NCBI GenBank assembly: GCA_002269645.1
Contig: NIVC01000094.1
Span: 248,001 to 312,000, forward strand
Length of the DNA stretch: 64,000 nucleotides
Direction: 5' to 3'
From: Macrostomum lignano
Taxonomy: Eukaryota
The notes below the pieces were generated by a model that saw only the letters and a list, made by a program, of their open reading frames with translations, did no database searches and was not told where the DNA came from. Positions 50,101 to 61,801 of the stretch are shown here, one piece after another (position 1 is the stretch's first letter; the number at the start of each line of letters is the position of its first letter). The translations under genes and the position numbers were made by a program.

Positions 50101-52990
50101 CGACCTGCTGCACAGCTCCGAGAATCTCCGACGTCCTGTTGAGCTTCTCCAGCAGCTCTCTGAGCACGACGAACCTCGATGAGGTCGGCGGCAGCTGCTC
50201 GCCCGAGTTGGCCTTGGCAAGGTCGGACTCCAGGGCCTGCAGCTCCGAGCTGATGTCCTGCTCCTGGTTTGTCCGGGCCAGGAACAGCCGCTTGACCCGG
50301 ACTACCAGGGTGGTGGCGTCATTGGAGAAGGAGATGGCCAGGGCGCGAACCCGGTCCTCCAGCTCCGTGTCCGGGATGTCGTCTAGGCGGAATCGTCGGC
50401 TCGGGTCAATTAAGGACACGGAGCCGTTCCTGGCGTCCAAGTCGGACAGAGAGGCCGGCAGCAGGGACAGGGAGTGCAGCCTGGAGTTCGGCAGCGAGGG
50501 GAACGGCACCAGCTGGTCCGCCTTCGATGCTTCTCTGGGCTGCGAAGGTGCCGCTGCCACCTCCGCATCTTGAGACTGATCGGCCTGCGACTGCGATCCG
50601 GAGAACTCGTCAGCTGAGAGTGAAGCCCCAGCGGTCTCCGACCGGCTCCACAAACTGTAGTCTGACTCCTGCTGCGGGATCGGGTTCAGGGAGGGTCTGT
50701 GCGACTCCTGCTGCGGGATCGGGTTCAGGGAGGGTCTGTGCGACTCCTGCTGCGGGATCGGGTTCAGGGAGGGTCTGTGCGACTCCTGCTGCGGGATCGG
50801 GTTCAGAGAGGGTCTGTGCGACTCCTGCTGCGGGATCGGGTTCAGGGAGGGTCTGTGTGACTCCTGCTGCGGGATCGGGTTCAGAGAGGGTCTGTGCGAC
50901 TCCTGCTGCGGGATCGGGTTCAGGGAGGGTCTGTGCGACTCCTGCTGCGGGATCGGGTTCAGGGAGGGTCTGTGCGACTCCTGCTGCGGGATCGGGTTCA
51001 GGGAGGGTCCATCCCCCTCCAGAAGCCAATAGAGACCTTCAGCGACGACAAAAACGACGAAGAAGTCCTGCTTGGCCGGTTGTTGTGCCGGGGCGAGTTG
51101 TCTGGTGACGAGGCGGTGCTGTCCTCCCTCTGACGGCTGCTGGCTTCGGCGGCCTGGCGCAGCAGCAGCGAGTTCCGCTGCCTGTCCTCGTCGGTGAGGC
51201 TGGCGTCCTCCTGCTGCACGGGCCGGCGTACAAGATCCTGCAGGTAGCGCTCGTGCTCCTGCTGGTCCTGGGAGCGGAAATAGGGCTTCTCTGTCAGCCA
51301 ATGAGAGACGAGTATCGATTAAAAGCCAGCCAATAGGATTTAGAGCATTGATTTACGCCGAGCCAATCAGAGACGACTATTGATTAGCAGTTGGCCAATA
51401 AGAGACAAGCATTGATTTACGCCGAGCCAATCAGAGACGACTATTGATTAGCAGTATGACTACTATGACATGATTATTCATGACAGGCTCTCAGTACATT
51501 TGTGGCAGAAACAGATAATCTACTCACAGGAACTATACTCAGTGGAGAACCGAATGAAACTCGTCGTTTCCTGGAAAAAAAATGGGCAGTTAAATTTAAA
51601 TTATAAATTCGCCGTCAAATCACACAGACGCATTGAAAAGCAAAGCATGCAACCTTCGGGAGAACTGGTTTCCATTAGCATTCGTAGCCGAGTCTCTGCT
51701 TTCAGAAGATTGCGCAACATTTTGCTGTTGTTGCTGCTGCTGCCGCTTCTGCGAAGCCAAATTTTTTTGCAGTCTCGACATAAATTCGCCTAGGGCTGAG
51801 TCTGAGCCGTTCGTCTGGGCTACTGGGGTTGCTAGGGCTTTTGCGGACACCGATCCTGATTTCACAGCCAGATCGAGAGCCTCTGCGGTTTTTGAATAAA
51901 AGAGAATTTCAACAAATTTTAAAACTGATTACACACGGCTCAACGAAATCACAGAAATTTTGTGTTGATATATTTTGTTGCCTTTTTGACACCATTAGGG
52001 TATTTCTAAGGAAGGCTATTTCTAAGGAAGGCTATTTCTAAGGAAGGCTATTTCTAAGGAAGGCTATTTCTAAGGAAGGCTATTTCTAAGGAAGGCTATT
52101 TCTAAGGAAGGCTATTTCTAAGGATGGCTATTTCTAAGGAAGGCTATTTCTAAGGAAGGCTATTTCTAAGAAAGGCTATTTCTAAGAAAGGCTATTTCTA
52201 AGGAAGGCTATTTCTAAAAAAGGCTATTTCTAAGGAAGGCTATTTCTAAGAAAGGCTATTTCTAAGGAAGGGTGTTTCTAAGGAAGACTATTTCTAAGGA
52301 AGGGCATTTCTGAGGAACGGTTTTTCTAAGGAAGGCTGTTTTTGTGGAAGGGTACTTTTTTACTTATACGTGAATTGTTTTGGCATAAGCACGTCTATAT
52401 TCTCTGAAGTGCCCTGGAATCTTGGATTGGACTGAGAACTTAAAATTGTAGAGCAGCTCCTGCTCCTGATACTAACACATTTATCATGATAAACTGCTCA
52501 AAACTCACCAAAGGCGCTGCTGATTCTCAGCTGAGTGGCCTCTGCTCCGCTCCGGTTAAATTTGCCAATCTGAATTGGGATTCGAAGCAGACAGGATTTA
52601 TTCGAACTGGTAGAAACTTAGTTGCCATGGCGACGCAGGAAGCTCTTATCTCTAGCCCAACCAGCTGCAGCCGTGTTTGCCTTGTGTAGCTTCGGCCTTT
52701 GCCCCGACTTCTCCCCAACCCCACCGCTTACCCGCCCTGTGGACAGCCTCCGGTGCTGATGCAGAAAGACGCTGCGCGGGAAGCGGGCGTCAAATCGGCC
52801 AGGCTCTGGAGTGGAGCGGAGGGGAGGGACTTGGGGATTTATCTGCGCCCACGGATACTGAATACGGCGCCGCGGCTGCTGCAGGGAGGCTCGGCAAATC
52901 TGTCTGCTGCCCTGTGCGCGGCCGCAGTTGAAGGCAATGCAGGCTTTGGCCAGCCTTTGTACACTTTGCCGGCACCGGGGCTTTTACGGC

Positions 52991-53033
<43 letters not shown>

Positions 53034-56000
53034 AACCCAAATTGCAACTCACCTGACCGCAAGAAGGGCTCGCCGACTTGACAGGCGCTGTCGCTGAAGG
53101 CGCTTGTCTGTCTGCTGTGGCAACGCTTGAGCTGCAATGTACATGCAATGTAATTGTAAAGGCACTTTCTAGTCAATTTTTGCAAAGGGAAATACAAAAA
53201 TATACACATAACTATATATTTCTACTTTCAGTAACTGCAGCGAATGTGACTTTAATTATTGTTAGTGGGTTCTACTAGTAAAGAAAATTCTAGAATCGGT
53301 GTTCTAAAAATAGCACAGCGAAGCAGAGGGCCAATGTGTGACGGCGTGAATGGGGAATTCTGGAAATTTCTCGAAGCTGAGCTGCAGTCTATAAAAGCAG
53401 GCGGTCCTGCTGGCCCAGGAGCAAGCAGTTCGGATCGCAACCAAAGCAATCCAGAAGCATCCAAAGCAAGACAAGCCTTCCTCATCGAAGAAGCCTCTTT
53501 CTCAGTCAAGCTCAGCTCTGTGAAGAAGCATCATGGGCAAGAGGAGCAACGGACCTGCAATCGGCATCGACCTGGGCACCACGTACTCGTGCGTGGGCGT
53601 GTTCCAGGCAGGCAAAGTGGAGATCATCGCCAATGACCAGGGCAACCGAACCACGCCCAGCTACGTGGCCTTCACGGACACGGAGAGGCTGGTGGGCGAC
53701 GCGGCGAAGAACCAGGTGGCGATGAACCCGGAGAACACGGTGTTCGACGCCAAGCGACTCATCGGGAGGAAGTTCAGCGACGAGACGGTGCAGCGGGACA
53801 TGAAGCTGTGGCCGTTCAAAGTGGCGAACGACGGTGGGCGGCCGAAGATCGAGGTTCAGTACATGGGCGAGAGGCGGAGCTTCTACCCGGAGGAGATCTC
53901 GGCCATGGTGCTGACCAAGATGAAGGAGACGGCGGAGGCGTACCTCGGCGAGAAGGTGACTGACGCGGTGATCACGGTGCCGGCCTACTTCAACGACAGC
54001 CAGCGGCAAGCGACGAAGGACGCTGGCGCGATCGCCGGGCTGAATGTGCTGCGGATTGTGAACGAGCCGACGGCGGCTGCCCTGGCCTACGGGCTGGACA
54101 AGAGCCTGGACGGCGAGAAGAACATTCTGATCTTCGACCTGGGAGGCGGCACATTCGACGTGTCCATCCTGACGGTGTCGGAGGCAGCATGTTCGAGGTG
54201 CGATCGACGGCCGGTGACACTCATTTGGGCGGCGAAGACTTTGACAACCGGCTGGTGGAGCACCTGATCCAGGAGTTCAAGCGCAAGTACCGCAAGGACA
54301 TGAGCGGCAACGCCCGAGCAGTGAGGCGGCTGCGCACAGCGGCTGAGCGAGCGAAGCGAACTCTGAGCAGCTCAGCGCAGGCGAGCATTGAGATCGACTC
54401 GCTGTTCGAGGGCATCGACTTTTACACCAGCGTGACCAGGGCTCGGTTCGAGGAGCTGTGCGCTGACCTCTTCCGTCAGACGATGGAGCCGGTGGAGCGA
54501 GCGCTGAGGGACGCCAAGATGGACAAGAGCAGCGTCAGTGAGATTGTTCTGGTCGGCGGATCGACGAGGATCCCGAAGGTGCAGAAGCTGCTGCAGGAGT
54601 TCATGGGCGGCCGGACGCTGAACAAGTCGATCAACCCGGATGAGGCGGTCGCGTACGGAGCCGCGGTGCAGGCGGCGGTGCTGACCGGTGTGAAGGACGA
54701 GAAGATCGAAGACCTGCTGCTGCTTGACGTGGCTCCGCTGTCGCTGGGCATCGAGACTGCCGGCGGCGTGATGACCAAGATCGTGGAGAGGAACAGCCGC
54801 ATCCCAACCAAGGCGACGCAGACGTTCACCACGTACTCGGACAACCAGAGCGGCGTCACGGTGCAGGTGTTTGAGGGCGAGCGGGCGCTGACCAGGGACA
54901 ACCACCTGCTGGGCCGGTTCAACCTGGACGGCATCCCGCCAGCGCCGCGCGGAGTCCCGCAGATCGAGGTGACCTTCGACGTAGACGCCAACGGAATCCT
55001 GGTGGTGTCGGCGAAGGACAAGAGCACCAGCAAGGAGGAGAAGATCACGATCACGAACGACAAGGGTCGCCTGTCGAAGGACGAGATCGAGCGGATAGTG
55101 CGGGACGCGGAGAAGTTCCGCGAGGAGGACGAGCGGCACCGCGAGCGCCTGGCGGCCCGCAACCAGCTGGAATCGCTCGCCTTCCAGTACAAGCAGGCGG
55201 CCAACGACTGCAAGGACCGGCTGGGCGAGAAGGAGGCCGGCGAGGTGACCGCCGCTTGCGACCGCGTCATCTCCTGGCTGGAGAACAACCAGACGGCCGA
55301 CAAGGACGAGATCGCCGAACAGCAGCGGCAGCTGAGCAGCCTGTGCTCGCCTCTCATGGCCAAGCTGCATCAGCAGCAGCAGCAGCCGCCTCCGCAGGGT
55401 CCGCAGCGAGCGGGACGAACGGGCGGACCCACCGTCGAGGAGGTCGACTGAGCTGCCGTCGCTGCCCAAATTAGGATGACTTGAGCTCTGAAGTGCACCG
55501 ATCAGCACTGAATTTCATAACTGTTTTCTCTGCTTTTGACTGATTTTTACTTCCGTATTGCGTCTTGTAGTGCAATTAATATGCAGAATCATTTCTTTCA
55601 TATAGCTTTGCCTGCTAAATTGAATGCTTTTCCCATTGCCTCTTCTGTCTGCGCTTGATTTGTGCATGCGTTTGCTTGCCCCACTGTGTCTTACACGTAT
55701 TGCGGTATAATTATATGAACAAATACATTTGAACTAGTTGCTGCTTCAAGCGGCAGAAATTTATGATTATATGCATAAATAATTTTTTCAAGCAACTAAG
55801 AAAGTTTTGTGGTTCATATTTTAAAGTAGTTGCCATTAGAACCAGGCACAAACATGTCAGAAGTCCCAGCCACAGACATGTCAGCAGCCACAGCCACAGC
55901 CACAGACATTTCAGTAGTAGCCACAGCCACAGCCACAGACATGTCAGTAATAGCCACAGCCACAGCCACAGACATGTCAGCAGCCACAGCCACAGCCACA

Positions 56001-59000
56001 GACATTTCAGTAGTAGCCACAGCCACAGCCACAGACATGTCAGTAATAGCCACAGCCACAGCCACAGACATGTCAGTAATAGCCACAGCCACAGCCACAG
56101 ACATGTCAGTAATAGCCACAGCCACAGCCACAGACATGTCAGTAATAGCCACAGCCACAGCCACAGACATGTCAGTAATAGCCACAGCCACAGCCACAGC
56201 CACAGCCACAGACATGTCAGTAATAGCCACAGCCACAGCCACAGCCACAGACATTTCAGTAGTAGCCACAGCCACAGCCACAGACATGTCAGTAATAGCC
56301 ACAGCCACAGCCACAGACATGTCAGTAATAGCCACAGCCACAGCCACAGACATGTCAGTAATAGCCACAGCCACAGCCACAGACATGTCAGTAATAGCCA
56401 CAGCCACAGCCACAGACATGTCAGTAATAGCCACAGCCACAGCCACAGACATGTCAGTAATAGCCACAGCCACAGCCACAGACATGTCAGTAATAGCCAC
56501 AGCCACAGCCACAGCCACAGCCACAGACATGTCAGTAATAGCCACAGCCACAGCCACAGCCACAGACATGTCAGTAATAGCCACAGCCACAGCCACAGAC
56601 ATGTCAGTAATAGCCACAGCCACAGCCACAGACATGTCAGTAATAGCCACAGCCACAGCCACAGACATGTCAGTAATAGCCACAGCCACAGCCACAGCCA
56701 CAGCCACAGACATGTCAGTAATAGCCACAGCCACAGCCACAGCCACAGACATGTCAGTAATAGCCACAGCCACAGCCACAGACATGTCAGTAATAGCCAC
56801 AGCCACAGCCACAGACATGTCAGTAATAGCCACAGCCACAGCCACAGACATGTCAGTAATAGCCACAGCCACAGCCACAGACATGTCAGTAATAGCCACA
56901 GCCACAGCCACAGACATGTCAGTAATAGCCACAGCCACAGCCACAGACATGTCAGCAGCCGCAGCCCCAGCCACAGACATGTCAGCAGCCACAGCCACAG
57001 CCACAGCCACAGACATGTCAGTAATAGCCACACCCACAGCCACAGACATGTCAGTAATAGCCACAGCCACAGCCACAGACATGTCAGTAATAGCCACAGC
57101 CACAGCCCCAGCCACAGACATGTCAGCAGCCGCAGCCCCAGCCACAGACATGTCAGCAGCCACAGCCACAGCCACAGCCACAGCCACAGCCACAGCCACA
57201 GACATGTCAGTAATAGCCACACCCACAGCCCCAGCCACAGACATGTCAGCAGCCGCAGCCCCAGCCACAGACATGTCAGCAGCCGCAGCCCCAGCCACAG
57301 ACATGTCAGCAGCCGCAGCCCCAGCCACAGACATGTCAGCAGCCACAGCCACAGCCACAGCCACAGACATGTCAGTAATAGCCACAGCCACAGCCACAGC
57401 CACAGCCACAGACATGTCAGCAGCCGTAGCCACAGCCACAGACATGTCAGCAGCCGCAGCCCCAGCACCATTAGGCCCACAAAGTCACCTGTTCAGCCAG
57501 CCGGCAGTTCTCTCGCCTCTCCAGCCGCACCTGTCTCTCGAGCGCGTTGAATTTCTCCAGCAGGCCGTGGCGAATCAGGCCAGCAGTGGATCGCATCCGC
57601 TCCGAGGCCTCGTGCAGCTGCTGGCGGTACAGATCTCGCTCCTCTGTTGATGCCCCAGTATGCTAGTGGATTACACTGAGCTTTAGAGAAGCTTGAAAAT
57701 CTAGACATCTCACCCATCAGTTTTGACACGTCAAGTGACTCTGGGGCGCCACGCCGCATCGCCGTCGCCTTGCCGCAGAACGGACTCGGGCCGCCGCAGC
57801 TCAGGCCTTGACCTTCGTTGACCTTCCATAGATGGACGAATATTGAATTAGTTTTAGTTTTACTACTAATAGTACTCTTGAAGCAGCATTCATCAATCGC
57901 AGTAATTACCTGCGACAAAATTTCGTCGCGAATGCTTTGCTCAAATCTAGGCGAGCTTCGAGTTTCTTGTGGCCGCTCTTGGTGGTTTTGCGGCTCCTGG
58001 TGGGGCTCTGGCTTGGATTGTTTCTTCTGCTGTTGCTGCGAAGAAGCCGCACTCAGCCGGTTGCAACCGTCTCGCAGGCTGGCCAGATCCTCTTCCAGCT
58101 TCTTGATGCAGGCTCTCTTCTGTGTAGCAAAAGAGTGAGACAGAGCCGAAGATGGAGATAAATGATTGCTTTTTGTCAGTCCACACGGAGGGCGATGGGC
58201 GAGAGAGATAGTTAGAGAGAAAGGCGGTGAGCTGGGTGTGAGAATGGCAAACAAGTTCATGACTCGAGTGCGGCAGGCAGAGGGAAGGAACCAGTCTGCC
58301 AAGTCAAGTGGGCCTGTCAGACCGGGCTCATGGAATCTGCACTCCATCTTGCATTCCTGAGGGTCACCCTTAACAAAAACTGCGTTTAGCTTTGCATTTT
58401 GTGATATTGATGAGGAAATTGTGAGCAGAATGGAGAGGGATTGAAGCTGGCGTTGGCTGAAACAATCTTCATTGGTTGGGCCCTGAGACTAAGATGGACA
58501 CTAAGATGGACACTAAGACGGACACTAAGATGGACACTAAGACAGATACTAAGATGGACACTAAGACGGACACTAAGATGGACACTAAGACAGATACTAA
58601 GATGGACACTAAGACAGATACTAAGATGGACACTAAGACGGACACTAAGATGGACACTAAGACAGATACTAAGATGGACACTAAGACAGATACTAAGATG
58701 GACACTAAGACGGACACTAAGATGGACACTAAGACGGACACTAAGATGGACACTAAGACAGATACTAAGATGGACACTAAGACAGATACTAAGACGGACA
58801 CTAAGATGGACACTAAGACGGACACTAAGATGGACACTAAGACAGATACTAAGATGGACACTAAGACAGATACTAAGACGGACACTAAGATGGACACTAA
58901 GATGGACACTAAGACAAGATACTAAGACGGACACTAAGACGGACACTAAGATGGACACTAAGACAGATACTAAGATGGACACTAAGACAGATACTAAGAC

Positions 59001-61801
59001 GGACACTAAGATGGACACTAAGATGGACACTAAGACAGACACTAAGATGGACACTACGATGGACACTAAGATGGACACTAAGATGGACACTATAACAGAC
59101 ACTAAGACGGACACCATAACGGACACCATAACGGACACCATAACGGACACTAAGATGGACACTAAGATGGACACTATAACAGACACTAAAACGGACACCA
59201 TAACGGACACTAAGATGGACACTAAGATGGACACTAAGACGGACACTAAGATAGAAACTAAGACGGACACTAATATGGACACTAAGATGGACACTAAGAT
59301 GGACACTAAGATGGACACTAAGATGGACACTAAGATGGACACTAAGATGGACACTAAGATGGACACTAAGATGGACACTAAGACGGACACTAAAATGGAC
59401 ACTAAGACGGGCACTAAGATGGACACTAAGACGGGCACTAAGATGGACACTAAGATGGACACTAAGACGGACACTAAAATGGACACTAAGACAGGCACTA
59501 AGATGGACACTAAGACGGGCACTAAGATGGACACTAAGATGGACACTAAGACGGGCACTATAAAAGATACTGTGAGAGACACTATGACAGACATTAAAAC
59601 AATGACAGACGCCAAATCATCAGGAGAGAGCGTTTTAGGTTAGGGTTTAGGTTTGGGTCTATTGTAGGTTATTGTTTAAGGATGTTTAGGTTAGGTTCGG
59701 GAGTCAATAATCATAGTCCCGATCATCAGAAAACACTGAAGTTTCCCAGCCTCTGAAACCTGAACCCGCTGTCTCCATGACAACAAGTAGCTCATCCTCA
59801 CCTCGGCCACATCGTTAAGAAAGCCGGCAATACTGCCCTGGCTGTGCCGCAGTTCCTCCCGCAGCCGGCCGTTCCGGTCCCGCAGCCGGCCAACCTCCTG
59901 GCTGAGCGCAGCTCCAGCCGACTCCGCCTGAGCTGCCCGACGCTCCATGGCCTCTGCCCGGGCGGTCTCCTCCTCCAGGCGACGCTTCAGCTGGTGGTTG
60001 GTCCGGCGGAGGCTGCGAAGATGCGCGGCGGGGACGACTTGAAAGTGCGCTCTGCCTTCGGAGCTTTAAGAGGCTTTTACTTTTATTAGTTTATGAGTGT
60101 CTCCGAGCTCTATTTGCCAACCAACCCTGCTCGTGAGTCAGATCAACCCCAGTTTGAAGGCAGTGTTTAACAATAAACAGAACTAAAAAGGCAGACGCGC
60201 GAATCATGGGCGAAAGACGAAAAATCAACAAGAACGAGTGCGAATTGGTAGTCAGTCAGTCTTCTGGGCAAGCACAAGCACAAGCGTAGCCTTGTGTCAG
60301 TCAATTCACTGGACGCCCGGGCACGGGATCAAATGTGCGAAAATGACGCGCTTTAGGGAAATAAAAAATTGTTTTTGAGGGCCTATATTAGCTAACCGTT
60401 ATGCCGTTATGTCAACTAACCCTGCCAGTTCGACCTCCAGGCTCTTGACTCGGTCGCTCAGCTGCTTGTTGGCGTCCTCGCTGGTGTCCAGCAGCTCCTC
60501 CAGCTGCCGCTTGTGATGGCGCAGCCGGTTCCGCTCGAACAGCAGCTGGTGCCGCTCGTCGACCGCCCGAGCCCGGAGTGCCTCGGCCGCGTCAGATTCG
60601 AATACGTCGCCGCTGGCGCCGTCCCCCGCATCGGCGGTGAACTCCTCATCGCCTTGGCGACACGCTTCTGCGTCGTAGTCTTCCTCGTCTCCGTTGACTG
60701 AGGTGCTTCCGCCACCGCTGCCGCCGCTGCCGCTGAAGCCGGCCACAGCGGAGGGCACAGCGCGGCTGGACACCAGCAGACCGCGCCGCCGGGCCCCGCC
60801 GCCTCCGGCCTCGTCCTTGCCGCTCTCGCTGTCGCGTCGAAGGTCATCGGTATCGGACTCGCTGCTGAAATGCGTCGTGTGCGAGACTGCGCGTAGACGC
60901 CGCTCTTCGTTTCTTTTGAAGGCTTACTTTTGAGCGGAAACACATTACCCAAAGGAGAAGAATTTAATTTCGATGAAATGTATTTAATTTAATTGTTTTT
61001 TACTCCATACAGTACTGTTGGGAGGGGGGCTTCGCACGGAATCGAACCAGGGGTCGCGGCTAGCACCCTTGGTTAAACTGCAAGCATTTAAACGTACTAA
61101 AAAACACGTGTGCCCTTGCCGGATTGCATACCGGATAGCAGGTGTGAAGTTTCAAAGGCGGAGGGCCGGGCGGAGAGGCTTCGCGAGACGCAGTTTGTCG
61201 GTCCAATCTCTCTTAGACTGGGAACTGTTTCCCCTTACCTTCGCCAGAACCGATCGGTTGCCGAATTCATGCCCGGCACAGGCGGTCGCAGGGTCTTTCG
61301 CCTTTCGCCAGCCTCTTGAGCTGGTCTGGCTTGAGGCGGCAGATCCTACTAGCAGAAGAAGTTGCTTTTATTTGCTATTTCTATGAAACAGTTTCCATGA
61401 AAACGGAAGCGTCGTGGGTATGCGCGGCTCCTCCCATTACGAGCTAGAATATATTTGCTTTATTTATTTGAGTACCGCAATTAGCACTTTTCTGTGTCTG
61501 CCGCTTCCTTCGGATCTGATCCAACCCGTGAGCAGCCAGCAGCGCACTGAGTCACTCTTTCGATTTGGAATCGACTGGCTATTGAGGATTGAATCGCGTT
61601 TGCCTACTAACAAGTAGAACGTTGCGTGGCATGTTTTGCAGGTGATGCAGACATGAAAGTAGTTTCAGTTTGACTTTATCGACCTAGAGATTTTAAGCTG
61701 GTGGTAGTAATTATTATACTCGTATCTCGAACTCACCTTCGTAGGTCGCTCGACAATGACTCGGTGAAAATGTCTGCCCTAGCAGTTCGCCTTGGAAACA
61801 T
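47165..61801 (-). CDS. IRAG/LRMP (MRVI1/JAW1)-like coiled-coil tail-anchored protein. Supported exons: 61801-61737 (tentative start), 60912-60421, 60012-59802, 58119-57910, 57822-57714, 57643-57489, 53131-53053, [unresolved 52980-51640], 51290-51037, (50983..50671)-50105, 50005-49908, 49829-49739, 48950-48835, 47492-47165
   Basis: [24 protein letters not shown]...SEILGAVQQ|[32 protein letters not shown] matches my recollection of the LRMP/MRVI1 core (VEAEFLRLSLGFKCD..TLEKRVK...AEMLGAINQESRVSKAVEVMIQHVENLK). It has N-terminal coiled coils and a C-terminal TM ([21 protein letters not shown]). The listed adjacent exons join in matching phases. The central exons could not be closed. Confidence 0.78.
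47509..48752. repeat. 19-bp minisatellite (ctgacatctgctgtacctc) filling the last intron
   Basis: About 65 copies. Source of the [19 protein letters not shown] ORFs. Confidence 0.98.
48965..49720. repeat. Composite ~21-bp purine-rich minisatellite (ggagagggtgagactggact) with higher-order duplication
   Basis: Intronic. The block 49015-49325 is repeated at 49328-49640. Confidence 0.9.
50664..51009. repeat. 39-bp minisatellite (9 copies) built from a 3' splice site
   Basis: On the - strand each unit reads ...ccctccctgaacccgatcccgcag|caggagtcgcacaga. Confidence 0.95.
51343..51454. repeat. ~64-bp duplication rich in CCAAT boxes
   Basis: agcattgatttacgccgagccaatcagagacgactattgattagcagt occurs twice. 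There are five CCAAT motifs in 51297-51430. Confidence 0.8.
51995..52335. repeat. 16-bp minisatellite (aaggctatttctaagg)
   Basis: About 20 copies. Confidence 0.95.
53282..53396 (+). promoter_or_regulatory. hsp70 promoter: two heat-shock elements and a TATA box
   Basis: aGAAaaTTCtaGAAt (53282-53296, 3 units), aTTCtgGAAatTTCtcGAAg (53357-53376, 4 perfect alternating nGAAn units), CCAAT near 53331 and TATAAAA at 53390-53396. Confidence 0.92.
53533..55451 (+). CDS. hsp70: Cytosolic heat-inducible Hsp70, intronless, with a 1-bp frameshift at 54183-54184 (639 aa if restored)
   Basis: [43 protein letters not shown] and C-terminal GPTVEEVD. Inserting one G in gagg(g)cagc restores TVSEGSMFEV and joins ORFs 53533-54267 and 54189-55451. 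Confidence 0.96.
55860..57462. repeat. ~33-bp minisatellite with a variable (cacagc)n core, intronic
   Basis: gacatgtcagtaatagccacagccacagccaca units with 6-nt length variants. Confidence 0.97.
58485..59610. repeat. 12-bp minisatellite (gacactaagatg), intronic
   Basis: Tandem units with acg/acag variants. Confidence 0.97.

Noticed and set aside
50998-51301. Treating ORF 50063-51301 as one continuous exon
   Set aside because: Its first ~95 codons are out of the GC3-favoured frame. The alternative frame ([18 protein letters not shown]...) is the plausible exon.
53512-55508. Antisense ORFs over hsp70 (53512-54009, 54372-55508, 54476-55363)
   Set aside because: These are the well-known antisense open frames of GC-rich hsp70 genes.
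55830-57650. 606-aa Ala/Thr-rich ORF ([11 protein letters not shown])n resembling a mucin or antifreeze glycoprotein
   Set aside because: The repeat is open in four frames simply because the unit lacks stops and varies by 3 or 6 nt. There is no signal peptide or unique domain, and it lies in an intron of the minus-strand gene. It would only merit interest if + strand transcripts were found.
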